Source of the DNA: Tubulanus polymorphus
Taxonomy: Eukaryota > Animalia > Nemertea
Direction of reading: 5' to 3'
Length of the DNA: 64,000 nucleotides
NCBI RefSeq assembly: GCF_964204645.1
Contig: NC_134036.1
Coordinates: 1,488,001-1,552,000, forward strand
Position numbers and translations under genes: made by a program
Shown here: piece after piece, positions 41,885-55,283 of the stretch
Layout of the letters: each line of letters begins with the position of its first letter
How positions within the stretch are numbered: position 1 is the first letter of the stretch
Notes under the pieces: model-generated
The model's input: the letters and a program-made list of their open reading frames with translations, nothing else
Told to the model about the DNA's origin: nothing
Databases searched by the model: none

Positions 41885-44800
41885 CAATGAGCAACAATTA
41901 ATTTCAAAGATTCAAAGCCTAAAGAAAGGGTCTAATTGAAGACAATAACTAATTTCATAGATTCAAAGCCTAAACAATGAGTTTGATTGGAAACAATAAC
42001 TAGTTTCATAGATTAAAATCGTAAACAATGAGTGAGACTGAAAATAATAACTAATTTCATAGATTCAACGCCTAAACAATGAGTTTAATTCGAAACAATA
42101 ACTAATTTCATAGATTCAAAGCCTAAACAATGAGTCTAATTGAAAACAATAACTTATTTCATAGATTCAAAGCCTAAACAATGAGTCTAATTGAAGACAA
42201 TAACTTTTTTCATAGATTCAAAGCCTAAACAAAGAGTCTAATTGGAAACAATAACTAATTTCATAGATTCAAAGCCCAAACAATGAGTTTAATTCGAAAC
42301 AATAACTAATTTCATAGATTCAAAGCCCAAACAATGAGTTTAATTCGAAACAATAACTAATTTCATAGATTCAATGCCTAAACAATGAGTGTAACTGAAG
42401 ATAATAACTAATTTCATAGATTCAAAGCCTAAACAATGAGTTTGATTGGAAACAATAACTAGTTTCATAGATTAAAATCCAAAAAAATGAGTGTAACTGA
42501 AGATAATAACTAATTTCATAGATTCAACGCCAAAATAATGAGTTTAATTGAAGACAATAACTAATTTCATGCGTTCAAAGCCTAAACAATGAGTCTTATT
42601 GCAGACAATAACTTATTTCATAGATTCAAAGCCTAAACAATAAGTTTAATTCGAAACAATAACTAATTTCATAGATTCAAAGCCTAACAATGAGTCTAAT
42701 TGAAGACAATAACTAATTTCAAAGATTAAAAGCCTAAACAATGAGTCTAATTGGAAACAATAACTAATTTCATAGATTCAACGCCTAAACAATGAGTTTA
42801 ATTCGAAACAATAACTAATTTCATAGATTCAAAGCCTAAACAATGAGTCTAAGTGAAGACAATAACTTATTTCATAGATTCAAAGCCTAAACAATGAGTT
42901 TGATTGGAAACAATAACTAGTTTCATAGATTAAAATCCTAAACAATGAGTGAGACTGAAAATAATAACTAATTTCATAGATTCAACGCCTAAACAATGAG
43001 TTTAATTCGAAACAATAACTAATTTCATAGATTCAAAGCCTAAACAATGAGTCTAATTGAAAACAATAACTTATTTCATAGATTCAAAGCCTAAACAAAG
43101 AGTCTAATTGGAAACAATAACTAATTTCATAGATTCAAAGCCCAAACAATGAGTTTAATTCGAAACAATAACTAATTTCATAGATTCAAAGCCCAAACAA
43201 TGAGTTTAATTCGAAACAATAACTAATTTCATAGATTCAATGCCTAAACAATGAGTGTAACTGAAGATAATAACTAATTTCATAGATTCAAAGCCTAAAC
43301 AATGAGTTTGATTGGAAACAATAACTAGTTTCATAGATTAAAATCCTAAACAATGAGTGTAACTGAAGATAATAACTAATTTTATAGATTCAACGCCAAA
43401 ATAATGAGTTTAATTGAAGACAATAACTAATTTCATGCGTTCAAAGCCTAAACAATGAGTCTTATTGAAGACAATAACTTATTTCATAGATTCAAAGCCT
43501 AAACAATGAGTCTAATTGGAAAAAATAACTAATTTCATAGATTCAAAGCCTAAACAATGAGTCTAATTGGAAACAATAACTAATTTCATAGATTCAAAGC
43601 CCAAACAATGAGTTTAATTGAAGACAATAACTTATTTCATAGATTCATAGCCTAAACAATGAGTTTAATTGAAGACAATAACTTATTTCATAGATTCAAA
43701 GCCTAAACAATGAGTTTAATTCGTAACAATAACTAATTTCATAGATTCAAAGCCGAAACAATGAGTCTAATTGAAGACAATAACTAATTTCATAGATCCA
43801 AAGCCTAAACAATGAGTCTAATTGAAGACAATAACTAATTTCATAGATTCAAAGCCTAAACAATGAGTCTAATTGAAGACAATAACTTATTTCATAGATT
43901 CAAAGCCTAAACAATGAGTCTAATTGGAAACAATAAGTAATTTCATAGATTCAAAGCCCAAACAATGAGTTTAATTCGAAACAATAACTAATTTCATAGA
44001 TTCAAAGCCTAAACAATGAGTCTAATTGAAGACAATAACTTATTTCATAGATTCAAAGCCTAAACAATGAGTTTAATTCGAAACAATAACTAATTTCATA
44101 GATTCAATGCCTAAACAATGAGTCTAATTGAAGACAATAACTTATTTCATCGATTCAAAGCCTAAACAATGAGTCTAATTGGAAACAATAACTAATTTCA
44201 TAGATTCAAAGCCCAAACAATGAGTTTAATTCGAAACAATAACTAATTTCATAGATTCAATGCCTAAACAATGAGTGTAACTGAAGATAATAACTAATTT
44301 CATAGATTCAAAGCCTAAACAATGAGTCTAATTGAAGACAATAACTTATTTCATAGATTCAAAGCCTAAACAATGAGTCTAATTGAAGACAATAACTTAT
44401 TTCATAGATTCAAAGCCTAAACAATGAGTTTAATTCGAAACAATAACTAATTTCATAGATTCAAAGCCTAAACAATGAGTCTAATTGAAGACAATAACTT
44501 ATTTCATAGATTCAAAGCCTAAACAATGAGTTTAATTGGAAACAATAACTGATTTCATAGATTCAAAGCCCAAACAATGAGTTTAATTCGAAACAATAAC
44601 TAATTTCAAAGATTAAAAGCCTAAACAATGAGTCTAATTGAAGACAATAACTTATTTCATAGATTCAAAGCCTAAACAATGAGTCTAATTGAAGATAATA
44701 ACTAACTTCATAGATTCAAAGCCTAAACAATGAGTCTAATTGAAGACAATAACTTATTTCATAGATTCAAAGCCTAAACAATGAGTTTAATCGAAGACAA

Positions 44801-47800
44801 TAACTTATTTCATAGATTCAAAGCCTAAACAATGAGTCTAATTGGAAACAATAACTAATTTCATAGATTCAACGCCTAAACAATGAGTTTAATTCGAAAC
44901 AATAACTAATTTCATAGATTCAAAGCCTAAACAATGAGTCTAAGTGAAGACAATAACTAATTTCATAGATTCAAAGTCTAAGCAATGAGTCTAATTGAAG
45001 ACAATAACTTTTTTCATAGATTCAAAGCCTAAACAATGAGTTTAATCGAAGACAATAACTTATTTCATAGATTCAAAGCCTAAACAATGAGTCTAATTGG
45101 AAACAATAACTAATTTCATAGATTCAACGCCTAAACAATGAGTTTAATTCGAAACAATAACTAATTTCATAGATTCAAAGCCTAAACAATGAGTCTAAGT
45201 GAAGACAATAACTTATTTCATAGATTCAAAGCCTAAACAATGAGTTTGATTGGAAACAATAACTAGTTTCATAGATTAAAATCCTAAACAATGAGTGAGA
45301 CTGAAAATAATAACTAATTTCATAGATTCAACGCCTAAACAATGAGTTTAATTCGAAACAATAACTAATTTCATAGATTCAAAGCCTAAACAATGAGTCT
45401 AATTGAAAACAATAACTTATTTCATAGATTCAAAGCCTAAACAAAGAGTCTAATTGGAAACAATAACTAATTTCATAGATTCAAAGCCCAAACAATGAGT
45501 TTAATTCGAAACAATAACTAATTTCATAGATTCAAAGCCCAAACAATGAGTTTAATTCGAAACAATAACTAATTTCATAGATTCAATGCCTAAACAATGA
45601 GTGTAACTGAAGATAATAACTAATTTCATAGATTCAAAGCCTAAACAATGAGTTTGATTGGAAACAATAATTAGTTTCATAGATTAAAATCCTAAACAAT
45701 GAGTGTAACTGAAGATAATAACTAATTTCATAGATTCAACGCCAAAATAATGAGTTTAATTGAAGACAATAACTAATTTCATGCGTTCAAAGCCTAAACA
45801 ATGAGTCTTATTGAAGACAATAACTTATTTCATAGATTCAAAGCCTAAACAATGAGTCTAATTGGAAACAATAACTAATTTCATAGATTCAAAGCCTAAA
45901 CAATGAGTCTAATTGGAAACAATAACTAATTTCATAGATTCAAAGCCCAAACAATGAGTTTAATTGAAGACAATAACTTATTTCATAGATTCATAGCCTA
46001 AACAATGAGTTTAATTGAAGACAATAACTTATTTCATAGATTCAAAGCCTAAACAATGAGTTTAATTCGAAACAATAACTAATTTCATAGATTCAAAGCC
46101 TAAACAATGAGTCTAATTGAAGACAATAACTAATTTCATAGATCCAAAGCCTAAACAATGAGTCTAATTGAAGACAATAACTAATTTCATAGATTCAAAG
46201 CCTAAACAATGAGTTTAATTCAAAACAATAACTAATTTCATAGATTCATAGCCTAAACAATGAGTTTAATTGAAGACAATAACTTATTTCATAGATTCAA
46301 AGCCTAAACAATGAGTTTAATTCGAAACAATAACTAATTTCATAGATTCAAAGCCGAAACAATGAGTCTAATTGAAGACAATAACTAATTTCATAGATCC
46401 AAAGCCTAAACAATGAGTCTAATTGAAGACAATAACTAATTTCATAGATTCAAAGCCTAAACAATGAGTCTAATTGAAGACAATAACTTATTTCATAGAT
46501 TCAAAGCCTAAACAATGAGTCTAATTGAAGACAATAACTTATTCAATAGATTCAAAGCCTAAACAATGAGTCTAATTGAAGACAATAACTTATTTCATAG
46601 ATTCAAAGCCTAAACAATGAGTTTAATTCGAAACAATAACTAATTTCATAGATTCAAAGCCTAAACAATGAGTCTAATTGAAGACAATAACTTATTTCAT
46701 AGATTCAAAGCCTAAACAATGAGTTTAATTGGAAACAATAACTGATTTCATAGATTCAAAGCCCAAACAATCAGTTTAATTCGAAACAATAACTAATTTC
46801 AAAGTTTAAAAGCCTAAACAATGAGTCTAATTGAAGACAATAACTTATTTCATAGATTCAAAGCCTAAACAATGAGTCTAATTGAAGATAATAACTAATT
46901 TCATAGATTCAAAGCCTAAACAATGAGTCTAATTGAAGACAATAACTTATTTCATAGATTCAAAGTCTAAGCAATGAGTCTAATTGAAGACAATAACTTA
47001 TTTCATAGATTCAAAGCCTAAACAATGAGTTTAATCGAAGACAATAACTTATTTCATAGATTCAAAGCCTAAACAATGAGTTTAATTCGAAACAATAACT
47101 AATTTCATAGAATCAATGCCTAAACAATGAGTTTAATTGAAGACAATTACTTATTTCATAGATTCAAAGCCTAAACAATGAGTTTAATTGGAAACAATAA
47201 CTAATTTCATAGATTCAATGCCTAAACAATGAGTCTAATTGAAGACAATAACTTATTTCATAGATTCAAAGCCTAAACAATGAGTTTAATTGGAAACAAT
47301 AACTAATTTTATAGATTCAAAGCCTAAACAATGAGTCTAATTGAAGACAATAACTTATTTCATAGATTCAAAGCCTAAACAATGAGTCTAATTGAAGACA
47401 ATAACTTATTTCATAGATTCAAAGCCCAAACAATGAGTTTAATTCGAAACAATAACTAATTTTATAGATTCAAAGCCTAAACAATGAGTCTAATTGAAGA
47501 CAATAACTTATTTCATAGATTCAAAGCCTAAACAATGAGTCTAAATGATGACAATAACTAATTTCATAGAGTTAAAGCCCAAACAATGAGTCTAATTGAA
47601 AACAATAACTAATTTGATAGATTCAAAGCTTGAACAATGAGTTTAATTGAAGACAATAACTCATTTCATAGATTCCAAGCCTAAACGATGAGTCTGATTG
47701 AAGACATAACCAATCATAAAGATTTAAAGCCTGAACAATGAGTTTAATTGAAACAATAACTCATTCATAGACTCCAAGCCTAAACAAAGAGTCTGATTGA

Positions 47801-47925
47801 AGACAATAACTCATTGCATAGATTCAAAGCCTAAACAATGAATTTAATTGAAGACAAAAACTAATTTCAGAGATTCAAAGCCTAAACAATGAGTTTAATT
47901 GGAAACATTAACTAATTTCATAGAA
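41885..47925. repeat. 51-bp satellite, ~118 copies, inverted relative to 33150-34732, with higher-order structure
   Basis: Unit ttcaaagcctaaacaatgagtctaattgaagacaataactaatttcataga. Confidence 0.97.
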
Positions 47926-48344
47926 CCTATGTTTCCTAAACAACAAGAAAAATAAAATCTCAACTTACGAATTTAGTGTGTGTGTCTGTGAGCATTTTCT
48001 TGGTTTATATTTTTCTTGTTGAGAGAAGTGACATCCAAACTACAGCAGACAGCTCAGAGAGCAGGTTGGTTTAGTCAGCACCCATTGGAAATCAGGTCCT
48101 GTTGAGACGAAGGTCCGGAATCTACCAAATGTTGGTTCAACAAACTCGCATCAGCCGAGGTCCTGGGGAAAAAGTGCTCACCTGAAAAAATTGATAACCT
48201 CACCATCAAATTCACTCAACCAGAGGCTATTTATATTTTGAAGTAAAAATGCTAATGAGGACTTTTCTGTTTCATGACTCAGATTAGCTAAATCCCACCC
48301 TAACATAAGTTTCACATACGAAACTTGCTTAAACATCTACTTAC

Positions 48345-48525
48345 CAATTCGTGTTTGCAGCTGCAATAAGTTATTTGGGAGGTCCATACAGTAGTAACGT
48401 ACATCTTGATGATGGGCTCCATTCATCGTTAGAAGGTCTGTTGAAGCTACTGTCGATGTTTTAGTTTAGTCAGCGCGTGCTGGCTGCAATTAGGTACTGA
48501 TGAGTTCAATGCTGAAGGGCACCAT
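48345..48525 (-). other. 181-nt exon-like island in right arm of inverted duplication
   Basis: Reverse-complement copy of 32241-32421 with the same splice signals. Confidence 0.5.
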
Positions 48526-49857
48526 CTGAAAATAAAACCATCAAAACATTTAATTCAACCTATTAGCAAGAGATAGTCTTCAGCTAGAAAGGGTTCAATT
48601 CAAATCGATGTATTATTGATTACTCCCTTCAAACACCGAGGACAATGTGTTACCGTATAAACCGGTTTATCACAAAGCTTTGAACATTTTCAACGGACAG
48701 TGACAATGCGGGTCACCGTCGTACTACAGTTAGATAATATCTATCTGACCTTGAAAGCAGTTTATACTTCAAAATTCTACAGTATGATATAGATATATCA
48801 GATATTTTTACAACTCCCAGTAAAATGAGATTTAAATATCGTCGACGTTTCCTAATTTGAAATTCCTTTAGTCGAATTAAGACTTGAACACAAATATCAA
48901 AACCGTTTCGATAGAATATCAATTTCATTTCCATTTTGTAAAACCTGACATGTTCTCCATGTTTGTACCTCAGCTAGGACTTGTAAAATTACACAAAATT
49001 CAGCCGATTGAATGACTAATTCAACGTTTAAAACCCTAATATTTCAAATTGGGATTCTTAATAGAATAGAATAGCCCGACGTATCAGGACTATTTTCTAG
49101 CCCCGAATTCCTAAGTTTATTAAGCAGTATTTCTAAATGAATTCCTCAGTGAGGGAGCCTTGTTGCACGTCCATGTTTAGTAACGTTAATAGCAAAAGGT
49201 GTCGGGGGAATTGAAATGACTTACTGCAGAAAAGCTCGAGAGCAAATTTCTCAACCGCCATCACTCGCTGCCATGTTCAATATAGTGTATTCGCGTTGAA
49301 TTTTATTTACCATACTGTGCTGCCACCTGTTTTTCTTATAGATTTTTTGCAGCACGATTATTACGAAAATGATGCAATGCCCCATCATTGAAATGATACT
49401 TTTTTCTGTCAGGTCGAAAGATTCGACTTGAATCAGTCTTAATGTATTCAGAGGATTAAGATGATGTGACATTCGCTAGCAATGCTGGGTGAGAGACTAG
49501 CGGGTTCGAGTCCTGCTGGATGAATTACTGCGCGCGCGGGAAACCCTTCAAAGGCCGTGGCTCCGTCGTGAGATTAGATGAACAATACTTTTGATTGGAA
49601 AATTATATGATCAGACCAAATATACCATTTGGGCTTCCAATGAATCCGTATTACATTATCTGGATTTTGGTGGTGGTGGTATCAGATAAACCATAATTCA
49701 TAATTAATTTATATTTTCGACTATTACAAATAAAATGAATTAATTAAAACAAAATGAATTAATCAAAAACAAATGAATCAATCAAATACACAATAAACGT
49801 TATGAACACTTTCAATATATTTTTCAATTTTCGTCAAACGAATTGATATAACATTGT

Positions 49858-50137
49858 TTGGAGGCACCAAACACAATCATCAGGAGGCACCAAACACAAT
49901 TATCAGGAGGTACCAAATACAATCTTCAGCAGGCACCAAACACAATCATCAGGAGGCACCAAATACAATCATCAGGAGGCACCAAACACAATCATCAGGA
50001 GGCATCAAACACAATCATCAGGAGGCACCAAACGCGATCCTGGGGAGGCACAAAACACAATCCTCAGGAGGCACCAATCACAATCATCAGGAGGCACCAA
50101 ACATACTCCTCAGGAGGTACCAAACACAATCCTCAAG
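49858..50137. repeat. 23-bp tandem repeat x~12
   Basis: gaggcaccaaacacaatcatcag. Confidence 0.92.
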
Positions 50138-51465
50138 AACCTCATGACGTTCAATGAAACTACTTCTACGTTCTATAATTGCTATCGTGCAGGTTTTCAT
50201 ATAACTACACGTGCTATATTTACTGGACTAATCCCTCGGTTTGGGTCGGGTTGATGAGATGCAGCAGAACTCGGGTAGAAATACATCCAGAATGATTGAT
50301 GTAGAATTGTGTTAGAGGAGTTTCATCCAGGAAGATCAAGGTTAGAACAAAATCAACCAAAAGAAATAAAACAAAAACTGAAATAATTCTTATGCATTTA
50401 ATTAAGCGATTACTATTACTCTATAAAATGAATCTAAACATTTCAAATAAAACGAAACAAAACAATTTTAATAAAGATTATTTCAATCAATTGATTATTG
50501 TAATTAAGAAAATTAAAAAAGAAAAAAGATTATAATTTAGACAAAATGAAAGACATATGAAATAAAGCGCTGGTAACAATAATGTATGTAAATCTATTGA
50601 AATCTGAGCCTATGCAAAACTGAATTTAAAAAAAATTGAAATAAGAAAGTCAAACATGTCAAAATTAGTTACATTTACGCAATAAAATTGAATTGATTGC
50701 ATTCGAATCATAATTTTAAACAAATCAAATAAACGACAATGTAATCTTTAAAGCAAACTCAACTGGGCCTGAGTTACTTTTGATAACTGAAAAAGAAAAT
50801 ACTCGTTCGATAGAATGATATTCGCTGCCGTGCACGTAAGCATCTAATGTGAAGCTCGAATCGGAACAGAATCTAAAGCAATCAATATTTAGCACTATGG
50901 ATGATTGGAAATTCATAAATTTTTTAAGCATGAAAACAAATTGATTAAATATTTCTAGAATGAAATTCTTTGCCGTGTACGTAATAAGTATCTAATATGA
51001 AACTCGAATCAGACAGATTCTAAAGCTATCAATATTTACTTCTAAGATGAAAAACAATCTTCCAAAATATAAATCCGATCATTAATTTAATCATTCGTTT
51101 AACACTAAGCCTAAAAAGCAAAATATGTTTCAAATTCCGGTAGGGGGCGTGTGAGTCGAATTAACAGAATCGATTATTTAAACAAAATGAAATAAGAGAA
51201 AAGCAGAGAACCGCGGAGTAAATCATTGTATTCATCCTTAAGTAAAGAAATCAATTTTAGTCCTAAAATGAGAAAAAAATCTTCTAAAAAATATAAATCA
51301 GATCATTAATTCAATCATATTAGTCTTAAGATGAAAAAACACGAATCATCTAAAATCCGCATTTGGTTTGAAATATTAATTAAATCATTCGTTTAAAGTG
51401 AGATGAAATTCAGATATATGAGATATAATCTCCGGTAGGTGGCGTGCGAGTCGAATTTAAAAGAA

Positions 51466-51669
51466 TCATCCAAAACGGAATAACAGAAAAACCGCGGAGT
51501 AAATCATCAGGTTCATCCTGTAGGTGGCAGCACTGTTGCACATTTTGTCTTCGTTACAGCACAGCACATTGATCCTGTCTTTGCCATTTATCGACCACTC
51601 GCCTTGACATTTATCAGGATTCTCGGGCATACAACCTCGAATAACCGCCACTTTTTTGTACTTGAATTC
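51466..51669 (-). CDS. Paralog 1 exon 4
   Basis: ttattcag|EFKYKK...FRFG*, 204 nt; matches ORF 51466..51708. Confidence 0.85.
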   Translation of the reverse strand, partial: EFKYKKVAVIRGCMPENPDKCQGEWSINGKDRINVLCCNEDKMCNSAATYRMNLMIYSAVFLLFRFG

Positions 51670-53657
51670 CTGAATAAGAACGAAAAAATACAAATTAGCC
51701 AAAACCAATGAATGTCAGCTATATGTTTTCATCTAAAAGCATGGATGATTTTTCCAGTTGGGATATGGAGTATTCTGAAAACACACAGTCTCACATGCCA
51801 CAGGCGGTGTCGTCGAGAAAACTTAATTCAGTATGATCGTACCTGAGGTCGAGGAAATAATGAAAACGGTTTGCGATGGAGATTTAAAATACGTCCCGAT
51901 ATCCTTCCCAGGACAGAGGGAGAGGGAGAGCCAGGAGAGGGAGAGCAAGGAGAGGGAGAGGGAGAGCCAGGAGAGGGAGAGGGAGAGGGAGAGGGAGAGG
52001 GAGAGGGAGGAGAGGGAGAGTTAGGAGAGGGAGAGGGAGAGCCAGGAGAGGGAGAGGGAGAGGGAGAGGGAGAGGGAGAGGGAGAGGGAGAGGGAGAGGG
52101 AGAGGGAGAGGGAGAGTTAGAGAGAGAGCCCCTTGTGTTTGGTCCTACACTTACCACGCATTCGTGTTTTTCGGGGCAATCGATACCGATAATGTTTTCC
52201 AGGTAGAACTGATAATCTTCATCAACGCGTACCAATGGTCCATTGTCACCCTTGATAACCAATACACGGCGCATGCATTCCTTGGTGAAATAAGGCAGTT
52301 TACCAGTTCCGTTTGCGGTATTCGGATCAAGCATTCCAACTGAAGTTAAGTGAAATAAAGTTGTTAGACCCGTGCAGGGGGACTAGTAGGGGACTCGTGC
52401 TGGGGAGTAGGAGGGGGCTTATGCTGGGGACTAGTGATGGTTGAGTCTCGTGATGGTCGTGTTCTGTAAGGGAGTATGACCACTGGATGCGGTCTCGTGG
52501 CAATGGCGTGGTCCCGCGTGATAGTTCGGATCTCGTGGAGGTGGCACTAGGGGGCGTTCTCTGACACAGGATCCCTGCCAACACGCGATCATTATTATAA
52601 CTAGAGTAGGGTTGCGTGTGAATTTCAAAGCTATAAATCCAACCATCGATGTGGAATGAAAAGAGGTTCTTCTTCTTTATCTATGACATCGCCAACGCCG
52701 CTGCGTCACGATGTGATGTACAAGGCACCTCCAATTATTACGGTCTACAGTAAATTCCTCCAGGAAAGTTAACGTTTCGCTTGGTGATGTGAATCAATAA
52801 CTGATAACATTAAACAGGCCTCATCCTTGGCCTTGAATTGCGATTTACTTAATACAAATTCAACTTACGTTTATCGGCAAAGTTTTTCATATCATCATAG
52901 ATAGCCTTATCACCATAGTGCGCACAACTGGCACAAGTCAAACTCGTAACGACTGTGACTAAAAATAAGATTCCAAGGTATCAGAATTGATGATAGCTGA
53001 TCCCTTTCTAAATTAGTAAGTCATCGAATCGTTGCAGTTGTCGCTTTTTGTGAGTCACAATTTTAATTTACAATTCAATTTCAAGTCGTCATTTCAATAA
53101 ATCGTTTAAGGCTGGCTGTCGACAAGCAACGCGACGCCTTCCGACTCCTTCCGACGCAACTGAGAGCAACCGCGATCGCAGCCCAGCTTATGTCGACTGC
53201 GCTCCGATTCGCAGCAACTGAGGTCCTCGATCCTCCTAGTTGCTTCCCTGCTTAATGTCGGTTACGATTACTGACAACTGCAACGGCTCAGATGGTCACG
53301 TGATAAGCATTTTGAGGATAAATTTACATGAACCTGTCCCGGCAAAGTTTTTCAGATCATCATAGATAGCCTTATCTCCGCCATGGCAAGCACACATGGC
53401 ACAAATCAGTTTATCAGGACGAGCTGCAGTGCCTGAAGAGACAGCCACACTGCCAGGACTGGGTGGACATTTCAATAAATCGTTAACGTCCTCGCTATGA
53501 TGACTTGAACGAAGTCAACTGTATGTATTGATTACACAAATCATAAATAGAAGCTTTGATAAAACTTTTTTGAGAACTTTTTATAAAATAGAAACTTACC
53601 CTGAACTAACAGAACCAGCAGAACTGTTGTAACAGAAATAAACTGTATCAGTTTCAT
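51466..53657 (-). CDS. Ly6/uPAR three-finger GPI-anchored protein, paralog 1 (178 aa with exon 2b, 181 aa with exon 2a)
   Basis: Exons 53657-53600 ([19 protein letters not shown]), 53432-53334 (2a) and/or 52958-52869 (2b), 52339-52155 and 51669-51466. All are in frame with GT-AG boundaries. The protein ends in IRGC...[32 protein letters not shown]. Confidence 0.85.
51915..52128. repeat. (GAGAGG)n in intron 3 of paralog 1
   Basis: Direct reading; source of the GE/SP/ER pseudo-ORFs. Confidence 0.95.
52155..52339 (-). CDS. Paralog 1 exon 3
   Basis: acttcag| 185 nt |gtaagt; [21 protein letters not shown]...[11 protein letters not shown]. Confidence 0.85.
52869..52958 (-). CDS. Paralog 1 exon 2b
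   Basis: tatttttag| 90 nt ([30 protein letters not shown]) |gtaagt. Confidence 0.75.
53334..53432 (-). CDS. Paralog 1 exon 2a (candidate alternative exon)
   Basis: ctcttcag| 99 nt ([33 protein letters not shown]) |gttcat; weaker donor. Confidence 0.5.
53600..53657 (-). CDS. Paralog 1 exon 1 (signal peptide)
   Basis: 58 nt, ends CAG G|GTAAGT. Confidence 0.85.
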
Positions 53658-53745
53658 TCTGTCGTCTTTTGAAGTTTCAGCAATTCCACTGACGATTGGT
53701 TGGGTAATCTTTGTAGCGACTGTTACCACGAGAGTTTGAACCACA

Positions 53746-53775
53746 AACTGATCAGTCGGACTGGAGATTTATATA
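53746..53775 (-). promoter_or_regulatory. TATA box + initiator of paralog 1
   Basis: TATATAAA followed about 26 nt later by TCAGTT (Inr-like); conserved in all three paralogs. Confidence 0.6.
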
Positions 53776-55283
53776 TTTTGACTGAAGATACCGTTTAGGC
53801 TTCTAAAGAATTTATCAGGACACTGGCGGTAACGGCTTCACGAGATAAAGAATTCATTTACATTTGTTAAATCAGTATGATCAGCCGGTCCAGTTACTGT
53901 TTGGGCTTCCGAAGAATTCGTGTTTTATCTGAATCGGTACAGGTTTGTCATGAAATGATTCATTTATTTGTATCCAAAACAATAAAGGTTATGGTTACTT
54001 TCCTTATATTTTTTCCAGTCTCGTAGGCGTTGAAAAAAAGAAAACTTTCGATTCGAAATAATTCAAATTAACGGACAAAAATTGAAATTCTCAGAGCGAT
54101 GACGCTACAATTGTTGTGAGTTAACGGTAACGGTTTGTCGAGATAAAGAATTTCATTAATAACAGCAAGACGTATATTGGAGATTGACGAAAAGTTGTTT
54201 TTTTTAAACTGATAGAAACGCTGAAATTAACGGACATTTTTTTATCATAAGTTGGATAACAGATTTGACGGAGTTCAAAATGATTGCCGAGGTGGGAAAA
54301 ATATTTTTCGAAAATAATTTTTTTCCTCAAAACATAGTAATTCAGTGAACGAGGAATTCAAAAGATAAATGAACAACTTGTCTTGGAGGTTGTTTCGGGA
54401 TAGTTATATCCGAATGTAGTCTATTTACTGCTTACAGTCAACTGACGCCGCCATTTTTGCAAGTGACGCTATTTACCGAACGAAACCGACAAATAAATCA
54501 TCCTGATAGTCCATGCTCATTTCGATCAAAAAAGTTATGCTGTTTTACTTCTACAATTGCTATCGTGCAGGTTTTCATATAACTACACGTGCTATATTTA
54601 CTGGACTAATCCCTCGGTTTGGGTCGGGTTGATGAGATGCAGCACTCGGGTAGAAATACATCGAGAATGGAGAATTTTGTTGGAGAAGTTTCATCCAGGA
54701 AGGTCAAGGTTAGAACAAAATCAACAAAAAGAAATAAAAGAAAAACTGAAATAATTCTCGTGCATTTAAGCGATTACTTTTACTTTATCGCGTAAAAATG
54801 AATTTAAAAATTTCAAATAAAACGAAACAAAACATAAAATTTGAATAGAAATATTAATTAATTGATAAATATAATTGAGAAAATTACAAGATTATGATTT
54901 GTACATTGAAAAATGAAACGAAATTCTTGAAATATTAAATATGAATTAAAATCGATTAATATGAATTATTTAGATAAAAAAAATCGCTAATCAAGATAAA
55001 TTCGACATAGAATGAAAGTGATATGAAATAAAGCGCTGGTAACAATAGTGTGTGTAAATCTATTGAAATCTGAGCATATGCAAAACTGAATGGCACAAAA
55101 ACTGAAATGAGAAAGTCAAACATGTCGATTTTGTCAGAATTTTCAACAAGTGAAATAAACGACAATGTTATCTATAGCAAACTCGGGTTGAGTTACTTTT
55201 GATAACCTAAAACTAAGCCTAAAAAGCAAAATATATGTTTCAATTTCCGGTAGGCGGCGTGCGAGTCGAATTTACAGAATCGA

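Larger units (their letters stand above)
41390..49580 (-). repeat. Right arm of large inverted duplication
   Basis: Reverse-complement partner of 31500-35150, lengthened by a 6 kb satellite expansion. Confidence 0.85.

Noticed and set aside
51828-52206. SP-, GE- and ER-repeat proteins
   Set aside because: Intronic (GAGAGG)n; the real exon ends at the GTAAGT donor at 52154
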